Assembly (NCBI GenBank): GCA_002633005.1
Contig: NMRA01000046.1
Location: 321,028 to 385,027 of the forward strand
Length of the DNA: 64,000 nucleotides
Direction of reading: 5' to 3'
DNA from: Phoronis australis
Lineage: Eukaryota > Animalia > Phoronida
Shown here one piece after another: positions 13,101 through 24,169 of this stretch. Both the position numbers and the translations under genes were made by a program. The notes under the pieces are model-generated. The model ran no database searches. It was not told where the DNA came from and saw only the letters and a program-made list of their open reading frames with translations. Position 1 is the first letter of the stretch, and each line of letters opens with the position of its first letter.

Positions 13101-16100
13101 TGTCGCTGCTGCTACTGTTTTGGTCATTGTGATACTTAAATGTGGTAATTATTTTAAATGGTGTATTGTATTATTAAACAGGTTACCATGGAGTATACTA
13201 TTAGTGGATGTGCTTCAGAAAGTCAGCAGGTCTGAGGCATTTGTTTCTTGGGTTACTACAAATTGTTTTGTTGCACTAAAGCCATTCTTTCTTGAAACTG
13301 AACTCCTTCTTCGTGTTGTGGTTATTGTATTGTTTTTGACTAAAGTTCCTTTCAACAACATGTTTCTGTCTAAAAAGCAACCTATTAATCGCTTGTTTAA
13401 AACAGCACTTCGTGCATTGCACTGGTAAAAACGAAAATTGAAGTGGGCCTTTTACTCTCTTACAATCAATATCATAATCCTTACCATTGATAGGATTCTG
13501 GCTTTGTTATCAACTCAGTTCAGAGGAAACTAGTCAAAAATAGCATTCTATCACCAATGGCATTGAGGTGTAATTCGACTTTTGTTTGTATGCACCCACA
13601 TTTTATACTCCTACATAGGTGAATTATGCTGTCATTCCTGTCTATCCGGCGTCCACTGCTGTGTCTCCAAAACCTCTTCATGGAGGTTTGTGAAGTTTTG
13701 CAGTGCTGTTCCTATCGTTTTTGGTATCTGTCTCTATCGGCCAAAGCACTTTGTTAAAGGATGATTGTGAAAACTGGTTTGTGTTTCTCCTTGTAGAAAC
13801 TTTCTTAAATTTGGAAAGTATGTTTCTATGAAAGTTGCAACAAATGGTGCCTTGTTTCGGACAGATTCAACCTCCACTGTGCCCCCTAGAGGCAAAAACT
13901 TTCTTAAATTTGCAAAGTATGTTTCTATGAAAGTTGCAACAAATGGTGCCTTGTTTCGGACAGATTCAACCTCCACTGTGCCCCCTAGAGGCAATTTTAT
14001 GTTTTCTTAAACTTCACTGTTCCTCGACAAATTTTCCTGATACTAGACCTAAAGGTTTCTAGTAAAGAGACGATAACACTTTCACATGTTCAAATCTGTT
14101 TGCCAGCTAGTGGTCATTTTAATTATTCTTTAGTCTGGTTTTTGGTATCTGCCTGCTAAATCACTCTAAGGATCATTACAAAAATTGGCATGTGTTCATT
14201 TTGGGAAGTACATGGCAGACACTGATTTTTAATGGGTCCGACTGTGGCCCACCCTCTTCTTTGTGGTTCAATACAAGTTCTTTGATGGATCTTCATGAAT
14301 TTTGACATGTGCTTCTATAGGGGGAAGTGCAGCTGAAGTAGATTTCAAACAAATATTGCAGAATCACTTGATTGCAGGGCTCAACATTAACTTTTTAAGC
14401 CACTTGCTCTTCGGGCAAGTAGCTGAAATTTTTACTTGCCCGAACAACAAACTCACTTGCCCCAAGTACAATCTCAAATAGCACCGTGCATGTGCACATG
14501 CACCAAGGTAATGTGTTACAGTAGGGCTGTCTGTGCTGAGCCTCCTCTAGTGTTGTGTATGCTATATACTTGAGTTGCTATATATTTTTAACGATTCTTC
14601 TTCTAGAAACCTTTATATATAAGGTGTGTCAAGACACTAAAGAGACAAATTAGCAGAATAACAATGTTATCTAAACCATTGTCTCACGCTCACAGGCGCC
14701 GAAATGATCTAGGACACGAACTCTAGACACTTCTGTGTATTCATATAGTTTATACGCCCCCATGCATTAAATTAGTCTGGATTTGTTTTGTTGTCAAACC
14801 TGAGGCTATCGTAAAAATCTTGCACAGTTTTGGTCACCGGCACTTTGTATTAGTTTAAAATCAAGTTTTAACATATAATAATGCCACATATACTTTATTT
14901 TCAATAAATAATCACATTTTTGAAAAATAAATGGACCACGAAAAAGTCACCCTTTTGAGTGACAATCCTGAAGGGCCGTATTCCTCTTTTGGAGTCGCCA
15001 CCGGGAGCCGGGAATTCATAAGTTTCCTTTGGAATTTTCCCGAATAAATACCAGGCCTGTAAAACTGCTGTATAGTGTAGAAAATATGTGGTCAATCATT
15101 CACTTTTTAGCTTTTGCGCTTATCTGTATGACTTAATCCGCATTTTGCCAGAGTGCAGACGATCAGTAGTATCACGTGACAGCTTATTCAGAAACTGCAG
15201 CCTCCCCTTCAGTAACGCTAAGACCTCGCGCAAAAAGCAAGACTTCGCAAGATTACGTGAGATAATGCTATGTATTTTAAATGAAATCCCGTGACATTGG
15301 CTAGATTTTAGCTAGGTTCTAGCGCAGGTCCTAGCGTTACTGAACGCCAGGGCTCGTTCAGAGAATCGAAAGGATTTGACCGCGTACGTCACATGTGCAC
15401 GCAGCATCTCACTCGTTCAATTTTCCTTACGGTGCTCATTCGAAGACGGGAGTTTCTGTGACGGCCACGGGGGGGTTTTTGACAGTATTTAAGTTTGTGT
15501 TGAGGTTCGTTACTTCAGAACAAATCTCTAGCAGACAATCTTAGGGTCTACTTGCCTATGCGGCCAGCTTTTTAACTTGCCCATCGGGCAGGTAGTTTTC
15601 AAATTCCACTTGCCCGAGGCAAAATCTACGGGCAATCTGGCAACCGTTAGTGTTGAGGTAATTTTTTTAGCATTCGTCTCCCAAGTTCCTTGATGGGTTT
15701 CATGAAATTTGGCAAGTAGTTACTGTCACATAGTAAACAGCATCTTGCCTGTCTGTTGCACACCGTAGTGGAGTTTCTTTTGTTTGCGTGTTCTTTGTCT
15801 TATGCCTCCCTTTCATCCAAACTTCTCGGATCATTATGTGAGGCAGCAGTTGTATTGGAACATTTCTGACTTGGCTTTGCATCCTCTTGAGGTTAGTATT
15901 GAGTTAATAAGCATTGCTGTGCTCAATAAGAATGTTTAAATACTAATCATCTCTTGTGTCTGCGATGCACATAGTGGGTGTATATCAATGACCAATGTTG
16001 TGGTTAAGCAAGCTGAAATTAAGCTTTCATTGTTACATCCATTAACAATTTTCTTACAATGTGCAAACTGGTGGGTGCTGGGTTTCGCTTTTTATTGGTT

Positions 16101-19100
16101 TAAAGGTTTATCACATGGAGAAGGCAAATATAAGTTTCTTGCAATTCTTATCATAATTCATATGGTAAGTAATTTAAGTTCCTTTTGGATCTCAAGAAAG
16201 CTGTTAAAGGACACCAGTTTGTCAATAAGGAAACAACTACATTGATTAGAAAAACGAATTATATCATGCTCTCAAGGGTGGTGATAACCTGTTTGAAGGA
16301 AATTCCTAATTTTTGTCGTTTTGCCAGAACATAAGCACCTTCAACTTATGGAAAAATCAAGTGGTCAAAACTCGTGGATTGCTGTTACCAGACGTTATCG
16401 TCCTTCTCTTTAGTATGACTATAGTGAAGTCCTTCATTTTGCTTGACAAAATCTTGTGGTCAGTTCATGTGCACCCTAGGATTACTTCTTGTCAGTGAGT
16501 TTTGTCTCATCATTGTCTGTATTGGATATTTGAAGTGGTGGGCTTTTGTTTACTTAATTGCGTGTTTGTTTGATAAAAGTGGTATTACCTCTCAGAGAAT
16601 AATGATTTTGGACTTGAGCAGTTACTGCTGCATTTCGATTTCCTACTGTGTGACTCCATTATGGCATTTACAAAGCCTCTTGTCAGTGAATCTCCCAGTA
16701 GTTCATAACAAGTATCCACAGCATTTTCACAGGAAAGAACCAATGGGGCCACTTATGAACGAAAGGTAATACAAATGAAGAGAATCTCCTGAAAGTGTGG
16801 TCATTGTAAATAATCTCCATGAATTTTGTGACCTCCTAGGGTTTTGGTCATTCTCAGTATGAAATTGAACATTTTACAAAAATGGTATCTAGTTACCTGA
16901 TGGGTAATTAGGCTCTACCATTTGACTAGATATTGATAAAGACCGTTAATTCCTCATTAAAATATAAATGGCGGGTCATAGCCTCTAAAAACATTGGTGA
17001 ACCGGTTTCTATCAATGTTAACATTATTGCGTTTTTCATTACAGGTAACAGCAGTGCACAAGTACATCAAAGGTGCCTGTGTTCCGCAGCGAGTGCATAC
17101 CATCGTCATATCCTGCCAGCATTCTGAGGATGTCACTAATGAGCAGATTCGCTCTGACCTAATGGAAAAGGTCATCAAACCTGTTGTGCCTAAAAGGTAC
17201 CTTACCTCCGACACCATTTTCCATTTGAACCCATCTGGACGTTTTACTATTGGCGGACCTCAGGTAAGGCTCAAGCTGCCAGGTTAACTGTGAAATTGAT
17301 TTCCTAGGACATTATTAGTATGTCAGGTCAGGTCATTGGTAACCTGTGTGCAGTGCAAACATGTTAAAATTGTGAGTTTACCAACCTAGGGATTTGAGGG
17401 TTATGTTATTTTCCAGTGTTCTAACAAAAATTTCACACTCGAAAAGTGATTTAAACTGTCAAACCCAATGGTAGATAAACTGAAAATTTTAAACTGTCCG
17501 CTCTTATTTATGGACTACACACTTGCAAGTGAAAGTTATTGCACTTGTGTAACTGATGGTGCGTGCAAATTTTTGGGCACCTTGGATTTCCCTGTTTTTG
17601 GAAATTGAAAATCGGTGCCTCTACATTGTTCTGTTTTCAGATGTTTCTTTTCGTAACCTTTCCTAGCATTTATTTTTTTGACATTTGCTTGGTGTTGAAT
17701 AAAGTTGTTAAATTTCACATTATAAAGCCTGCTATGAAGTTTTGTCTGTTGGTGGTGTTTCAGGGAGATGCCGGTTTGACTGGCAGAAAAATTATTGTTG
17801 ACACCTATGGTGGTTGGGGTGCTCATGGTGGCGGTGCCTTCTCTGGAAAGGATTTCTCTAAAGTTGATCGTTCTGCAGCCTATGCCGCCCGTTGGGTCGC
17901 CAAGTCGTTGGTGAAAGCTGGTCTGTGCAAGAGGGCATTAGTGCAGGTAGGTCACATACTAAAAATGAGGCTGTGCGATGAAGAAGCTGAAATTAATATG
18001 CTTAATAGAATTATGCTTGTCTTACTAGCCATACCAGTCGTATCGATTTTGCAGCCTGCAGCTTGCCAATGCAACCTCAGATTCAGTTTGGCGACCGGGT
18101 GAAAATTTCAAGTCGCCATTATGTTGCCAGATTTTTGCGGATTGCAACAAAGTCAACAGCAGTCGTACAAACAAGAATTCACCTGCAATTCACTTCAGAG
18201 GTTGTATTGACTTTCAAACAATAAATGGCGTTTTTCCCTAAATACAATTGTACCTTGTGTTCACAGTTGTCCTTGTTATGTTCCTTGTATAGGTGGGACA
18301 GCGTGAGGGAATTTTCAGACGGATCCAATTACTGATGTTGCATTTTTAGTTTTTTACATTTGCCTCTGTATCTTTGGTGTTCCTTAACAGATTGTCATGA
18401 AATTTGGCGAATAGGTAGGAAGATGACGCCACTTTCACATTTTCCAATGGATTTGAGGTATTTTGCCCTACCTAGTGGCCAATTTTACTGTTTTCGATAC
18501 TGTTTTTGCCATCTGCCCCTCTATAGACCAAACCATTGAAAGGGTGATTATGGATATCGACAGATATGTTCTTACTGGGAAGATGACGGCTGATGATTTT
18601 CAGGGTGCTCAGTCTACAGTGGCTCCTCCTAGTAGCAGTTGTGTTTTGTTTTTGTTTTTTTGCATCCAAGGCTGTATCTCCTAGATCCTAAGCAGACTGT
18701 TAAATTTGGCTAGTGTATATATATGAAGGTGACAACGGCTTTCGGATATATCCAATGACCACTGTGCCCTCTGGTGGCAATTCCATTTTTCTCTGTTTTC
18801 CTCTGTATCTTTGGAGATCCTTGGTAGATTTTTATGAGGTTTCTTTTAATGAGGCGATGACACCCGTTTGTTTTCAGATGGATTTAATGTAGTGTATGGT
18901 AATCATCCCTTACATCTACGCTATATGCGATGCACATGGTGGATGCATATCAATGCTCTGCGTTAATCGTGTCTTGCGAATCTTGCCAGGTTACATATGA
19001 CGAGTTGACATTATGTTAACAGTCTAGCCATATTGTGTAGCCTGGCAACAGTTCCTTCCTTTCTGTGGTTAATTGTAGTTTATCTTCATTTCAGTTGTCC

Positions 19101-20350
19101 TATGCCATTGGTGTCGCTGAACCTATTTCGATAACTGTGTTCAGCTATGGTACTTCTGACAAGTCTGAAAAGGAGTTGCTGCAGATTGTCAAGAACAATT
19201 TTGACCTGCGTCCAGGTGCTATAGTTAGGTGAGTTAAAACTAAGGTGTAAAATTAATAGTGACATTGCGTGAAACAGCTATCTCTAATTATTACAACTAC
19301 CCTTCACTTGAGCATGTTGCAAGTTACTCGTACGTAAGATTTGAGTAAGTGCTTTTCCCGTAAAATCTGAATCAAAATGTGGGTGGCTAATAGAGGATAA
19401 TGTTATATTAAATTACTACCGTAGTAAATTAAAGTGTTGTAAAAATGTTGTTTTTATCCATAGTTTCTCACATTGGGTATTATTGTCTGTACTGCCCAAA
19501 AACTCCATGTACACTAACCCAAGTTTTCATGCATTGATATCTCCATTGAGTTTTTGCTGCTCAATGATCCATTTCCAAAATGTTTACTAAATGATCCGTA
19601 CTCGTTGGGATCTGAATGACTCAGTCTACCAGCATAGTTACGTTTATGAGCAACTACTTTCATTTGAGGTACACAGATTGATGTTAGAGAAAGCACTACC
19701 AGACCAGTTTACTGTGTAGACACAATAGGTTGACCTGGCTTGTGCTCACCATGATACAGCTAGAGTTCTTAATCATCTGAATGCCCCTTATGTATTGACA
19801 GACTAGATGGAAATGTACTGTTGTGAAGACTAGTGTAGCTGTACATCAGAGTGTTTCAATGATTCGCTAGCTCCTTATCTCATTTTTAACTATATCATTG
19901 TAGCGCTTGTGGTGAAGTCACATTTGGTGACCAAACAAAATCCCCAGTCGCCAAAACTGAAAATCCCCAGTCGCCAAATGAAATCTGAGGTTTTCGATTT
20001 GGCTTACAATCATTCTCTAACCGACCCAAACTTTGAAACTAATTTAGTTCATTTAATTTAATTAAGCAAAAATATGCTTTTAATATAACCTCTATGATAT
20101 TGATATGGATGTGTTTCAGCTGTCATAATTACTGGAAATTTTTGTAGTTCTCATAACTTGCCATGGTATTTTTTCCTCATAACTTACGAGTTCTTATAAG
20201 CTGCCGCGTTCACTTGGTAACAAACAAAATGACTCTTACCCTTTCAGAGAGCTAGAACTGCGCAAGCCTATCTATCAGAAGACTGCATCCTACGGCCATT
20301 TTGGACGCCCAGGCTTTACGTGGGAAGTCCCCAAGAATCTGAAATTCTAA
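7023..20350 (+). CDS. MAT2A: S-adenosylmethionine synthase (methionine adenosyltransferase, MAT1A/MAT2A family), 9 exons, 418 aa
   Basis: Exons 7023-7182, 10951-11028, 12254-12376, 12523-12635, 12819-12962, 17045-17263, 17764-17946, 19095-19228, 20248-20350. All GT-AG, 1257 nt in frame. Motifs [30 protein letters not shown] and TASYGHFGR. The symbol denotes the family; invertebrates usually have a MAT1A/2A co-orthologue. Confidence 0.97.
7619..9094. mobile_element. Non-autonomous TIR DNA transposon (hAT-like) in MAT intron 1
   Basis: 12-bp TIR TAGGGAGGACAA / TTGTCCTCCCTA flanked by the direct repeat CCAAAAC (7612-7618, 9095-9101). Confidence 0.8.
8240..8329. mobile_element. 90-bp MITE with CATGGG...CCCATG ends
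   Basis: 5-bp TSD TACTA on both sides; related to 52295-52427 and 63529-63604. Confidence 0.7.
10951..11028 (+). CDS. MAT2A: MAT exon 2
   Basis: [26 protein letters not shown]; TTCCAG| and |GTAAGC. Confidence 0.95.
11066..12186 (+). mobile_element. Helentron-associated (HINE/DINE-1-like) non-autonomous element
   Basis: Sub-terminal inverted repeat ATGCGCCCACA (11071-11081) / TGTGGGCGCAT (12151-12161), 3' hairpin CAATGC-TCT-GCGTTG, T-rich termini and internal ~145-160 bp tandem units. Confidence 0.7.
12254..12376 (+). CDS. MAT2A: MAT exon 3
   Basis: [41 protein letters not shown]. Confidence 0.95.
12523..12635 (+). CDS. MAT2A: MAT exon 4
   Basis: [38 protein letters not shown]. Confidence 0.96.
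12819..12962 (+). CDS. MAT2A: MAT exon 5
   Basis: [18 protein letters not shown]...WARPDTKTQ. Confidence 0.96.
13182..13235 (+). pseudogene. Degenerate paralogue of the 5' end of MAT exon 6 (pseudo-exon or poison exon)
   Basis: ACAG| followed in frame by [17 protein letters not shown], colinear with the start of MAT exon 6 (family VTxxY....GA..P.RVH). Confidence 0.5.
13585..15992 (+). mobile_element. HINE-like element with a nested TIR insertion (~14375-15657) and a 99-bp internal tandem duplication (~13797-13994)
   Basis: ATGCACCCACA start and GTGGGTGTATATCAATG end match the 11066 family. The nested element starts CAGGGCTCAACATTAAC and ends GTTAGTGTTGAG, with CACTTGCCC subterminal repeats. 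Confidence 0.6.
17045..17263 (+). CDS. MAT2A: MAT exon 6
   Basis: [26 protein letters not shown]...[12 protein letters not shown]. Confidence 0.95.
17764..17946 (+). CDS. MAT2A: MAT exon 7
   Basis: [50 protein letters not shown]. Confidence 0.97.
18290..18972 (+). mobile_element. 5'-truncated HINE-like element
   Basis: Same internal units as 11066-12186 and 3' end GTGGATGCATATCAATGCTCTGCGTT. Confidence 0.6.
19095..19228 (+). CDS. MAT2A: MAT exon 8
   Basis: [21 protein letters not shown]...[10 protein letters not shown]; TTTCAG| and |GTGAGT. Confidence 0.95.
20248..20350 (+). CDS. MAT2A: MAT exon 9 (last coding exon)
   Basis: [33 protein letters not shown]. Confidence 0.95.
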
Positions 20351-21374
20351 GCATGCGTTTTACAACGATTGTTATATTTAGATATTAGAATTCCGTAATA
20401 ATGTGTTAAGGCGGTTGACAAATTTTACGTGAGCCACAGTAGTTGTTAGGACAACGAAACTTTGACAATTGTTTGTCAAAACAACTCTTTTGTTGAAGTA
20501 ATGGGTGCAAAAATCACATGGATAGGGATACTGAATATGACAAAGAATGGTGTTATGATGTGGCCAGCAGCTGGTGTATTGGATTTGTTTAGTGTGCAAG
20601 TCTGCTCCAAATGATACTGGGTTCATGCGTATGGCTAATCCTTTGCTCTTTGGGTTGCTATATGATGGCCTAGTATCTCTTTTGACCATACGTGGCACAG
20701 GATTGATGGCACACCATTCTTTGACGTATGTCGGCTTCTCACAGTGTGGAGGCAGTAGTCTAGATCTGACTCCTGCCCCTGCACTGTGCTGGATGTATTG
20801 TCAGACTTGAAGTTGGTCCTTTTAACTGCTGCAAATCTACTGCTTGTAGGCTTTGCATTTGTCTTGTGTTTATGAAGATTCAATGGAAAAGAGCACTATT
20901 TATAAACACTCGGGCTCACGTGTTATCCTCCTGAATATTATTTTTACACTGTTTATATACTTGTAGATTTTAATACACTTCGTTTTCTTGACTTGTAAAT
21001 AACTGCTGTTAGGGACAGACCAAGGACATTACTAATTGTACTCTTAACAGTGGGTTGATTTTGAGGTAGTTTCATGTGTGTGTATTAACCCGGTTGAAGT
21101 GGCTCCATTGATATATATATTTATGTATATATACTTAAAATGCACAAACCGAAGGTTGAGTAATTCCAGTCACACTGTCTCCTTTTTGGGGATACTTGTC
21201 TTGTTGGTACTATGTGCTTGTGGTGGAGCACTTTTGGTTGGTATTCGTTGCTTACCAGTCAATGATTATATGGGTATATTGAACATTAATTTGTTGCCAT
21301 TTTTATCTGTTAACTGAAGGAATTTGGAGATGTACATGTTGTTACAAACATTCTGTAAATGGTCATTTACCACA

Positions 21375-21380
21375 AATAAA
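21375..21380 (+). terminator. Probable MAT polyadenylation signal (3'UTR about 1 kb)
   Basis: First AATAAA I found after the stop codon. Confidence 0.55.
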
Positions 21381-21879
21381 TGAATAATGAAACTGAACAA
21401 ATTTATCTCAATCTCTCTTGACACAATCAAGAATTTCCCCCAAACAGGTACTGTAGGGCCATCCTAACATATTCTGGAAGGGCAGTTGTCCTAGAACTCC
21501 AGGAGCACATGTGACCCCTTGAGGAACCTTGTTGGGACGAGGTCAATGTGTTACAAATATTGACCAATCTCTAGCTATTTCGGGTTATATGTAGTGAGGC
21601 TGAGGGTATCTGTTATTTAGTTGATGATTTATGTTATTCTATATACCGTGGATGCTGATATCACAACACAAGTGTATTATCAAGGGTTTACCATTCCGTT
21701 TGTGACGACATTCTCTTCAGAAACCTGTTTCTTGGAACTTCCACTTCTAGTCCGGGAGCCAGGGGGTTGAACCTGGTTTTGCTGGATAAAGTTTTTTATT
21801 GGCAATGAGAAAAACATTACAATATCACAAAAAGACATAGAACACCACACACACACACGCATACCCATAACTAATCCTC

Positions 21880-24105
21880 TTGACTGCTAAGAAAAACGTT
21901 TCAAAGTTACACCATCTTTTTTGTATAACTTCTAAATTCAAATCCTTACGAGCATTATACTTTTCACTCATATAATATTCTTTGATGAAGTTAAAAAAAT
22001 ACTTAGAAGTAATCTTTTATCTAAATTTTTGGATATAAATAAACTGTTTACCCAATAATAAAACAATGTTTTTAATTTTTTTTATCAAAAAACTCAAAAA
22101 TAACGTTACAGGAGAGAGTGCCGACACACTGGGGATTGGCTTTGTTTAGAATTTTGTTATAACTCGTGTCCGAAATGAATTAACTGTTTCACATTCCCAA
22201 AATAAGTGTTTCAAAGTCTCTTTCGATTGTCCACAAAAGGAACAAGAGTCGTCAAAGTTTTCGTCAAGAGTCTGAACTGAAGCCACATAATTCTTGGGTC
22301 TCTTGTTGTGTTACATAGAAGGGAATAAACATCTTCCCATGAAAAATTAGTTGTGTTTACGTTCAGTTCGTTGACCCATTTTGACTCCGCTTTCGAGACT
22401 TCGGAACTATAATTTAATTGTGTACAGATATGTTGACACCCTCTCCCGCCACTTTTCAGTTTCATTAAAATCGTTGGCATAACAGGACAATACGCATCAA
22501 AACTAACAACTCTATCAATACCACATTTCTGTTGGTACTTAGATATCACTGAAATTTGATTATACTCCATAAAGTTCGTTTTGATACCTAAAATATCCAC
22601 AATAAATCTATAGTTCAAAATATTACCGTCTGGGGATAACAAGTCCTTTATAAAGACCATAGGCGGATTTAGGGGGGGGGCCCAGGGGGCCCGGGCCCCC
22701 CCCCCCCTTGGCTGCCGCAAAAAAAATAAAACAGAAAGAGCGTAGGGAAATGGTGAGTTTATTAATTAATCCCGGTAATTAAAATTATACGGATGAAAAA
22801 AGATTTAAATGTGTGCAGTTTTAGTGTTGGGGGGGGGGGCTCACACCCAATTTCAAGTGTCAAATTCGGAACACGGCGCATTCGTAACGGAACTATGGCT
22901 AAGTATAGGCTCTCCCGCGATATCCCAGGCGACCGGCAGTGGCGCTGCGCAGTACGACTCCGTTTTCGTCGTCTGCTCCACTGTGCAATGAAGAAATTTT
23001 ACTTCATTTTTTAAAGAGAATGGAACCTGAGTGACGATGAAAAAACAGAAGCTGTTGGCAAGATGTGAATTTTAATCGAAGCCTTAGTGAATCACTCAGA
23101 AACTCGCAATACTCTCTTTGTCAAACCTTATCTTAAGACGATTTCCAAAGCAATCCCGTCATTATTGCCAATACGAAAAACGGATTTGGTCTTTTGGGCA
23201 TTTGAAGACTATTTTAAATACGACAAATTTGTTAAGAATTGATGGCGCAAAATATAAAACGTATAGCATTACAAAAAGAAGTAGGTTTCGCGCGCAAACG
23301 CTGTGGACTATAAACAAGTAGGTCTTTTAGTACACGCCTAGTAGTTAAATCGTGGTGGTGTAGTGGCAACGCACGTGCTCACTATGCTACAGGTAGTGAG
23401 TTCGAGTCTGTGGTACGATTAGTTCAAGTTTTCCTGTATGACACGTTCTCCGTTTTTTTCTTCTTTTTTTCTTGGATAATACTTCAGGAATCAAGGAAAA
23501 TGCTTGATTTTTAGAGGTAAAAACAGAAAAATTTCCTGAGCGGGAGGGGGGAAAACCCCCCTCCCGATCTCCCCCCATTCGGTGCTATGCGCATCTACAA
23601 TCGTGGTGCAGTTTGCGCAAATGCCTACAGCCGAACAAAAAGTTGGGCCCCCCCCCTTGTGATATCCTAGATCCGCCACTGAAGACTATGCCTCTATTGC
23701 ACCAGTTCCTGTAAAAAATACTTTTTCCTCCTGCCTGCAGATCACTGCTAAACCATAAAGGTTGGTTAAGAAAATCTATCTGATTTTTGATCTTCAAACA
23801 ATTTCCAAAGGAGATTACACATTCAAAAAATCTTTCTAGAAGTGATTGTCAGTATTAGGCAACTTTATCTTGAGAAAGTCAACTCCGTACTTAGCGAAAT
23901 TTCTAAATTCAGGAAAAATCAAATGAAACAAACCGGCAGTCTTAGACTGATCGTTTACAAATTTTGTTAACATGTTAATCTTTAAAGTCTTACAGAATGA
24001 AAATATGTTTATCATTCTGATACCTCCTTCATTATAATTACAAACAGTTCGGGAGCGCTTAATTTTGTCGATGCGACCTTGCCAGAGGAATTTAAAAAAC
24101 ATTTG
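21880..24105 (-). mobile_element. L1/Tx1-clade LINE 3' fragment, interrupted by a MITE
   Basis: Peptides FFKFLWQGRIDKIKR...EGGIRMINI, QPLWFSS...GIVFIKDLL, WLQFRLL and FWEC of L1-type ORF2 C-terminus, with stops and frameshifts. Confidence 0.85.
22658..23681. mobile_element. TIR element with 5-bp TSD inserted in the LINE
   Basis: Ends CATAGGCGGATTTAGG / CCTAGATCCGCCACTG, TSD AAGAC. Removing it restores the LINE frame GIVFIKDL. Confidence 0.85.
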
Positions 24106-24169
24106 AGTTCAGTTTTTCTAGTTTTTTCTTTGCTGTTTCATGTAGCCTGGGGTTAACTTACCATAAATT

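Noticed and set aside
19561-19616. C/D snoRNA-like AATGATCC...CTGA
   Set aside because: Box C is poor, it is too short, and I recognised no rRNA or snRNA guide.
20351-21380. Vertebrate-type MAT2A METTL16 hairpins
   Set aside because: No TACAGAGAA or TACAGA found by reading this UTR.
23352-23410. tRNA-like A/B boxes (TGGTGTAGTGG...GAGTTCGAGTC)
   Set aside because: No cloverleaf; at most a decayed SINE head inside a MITE.
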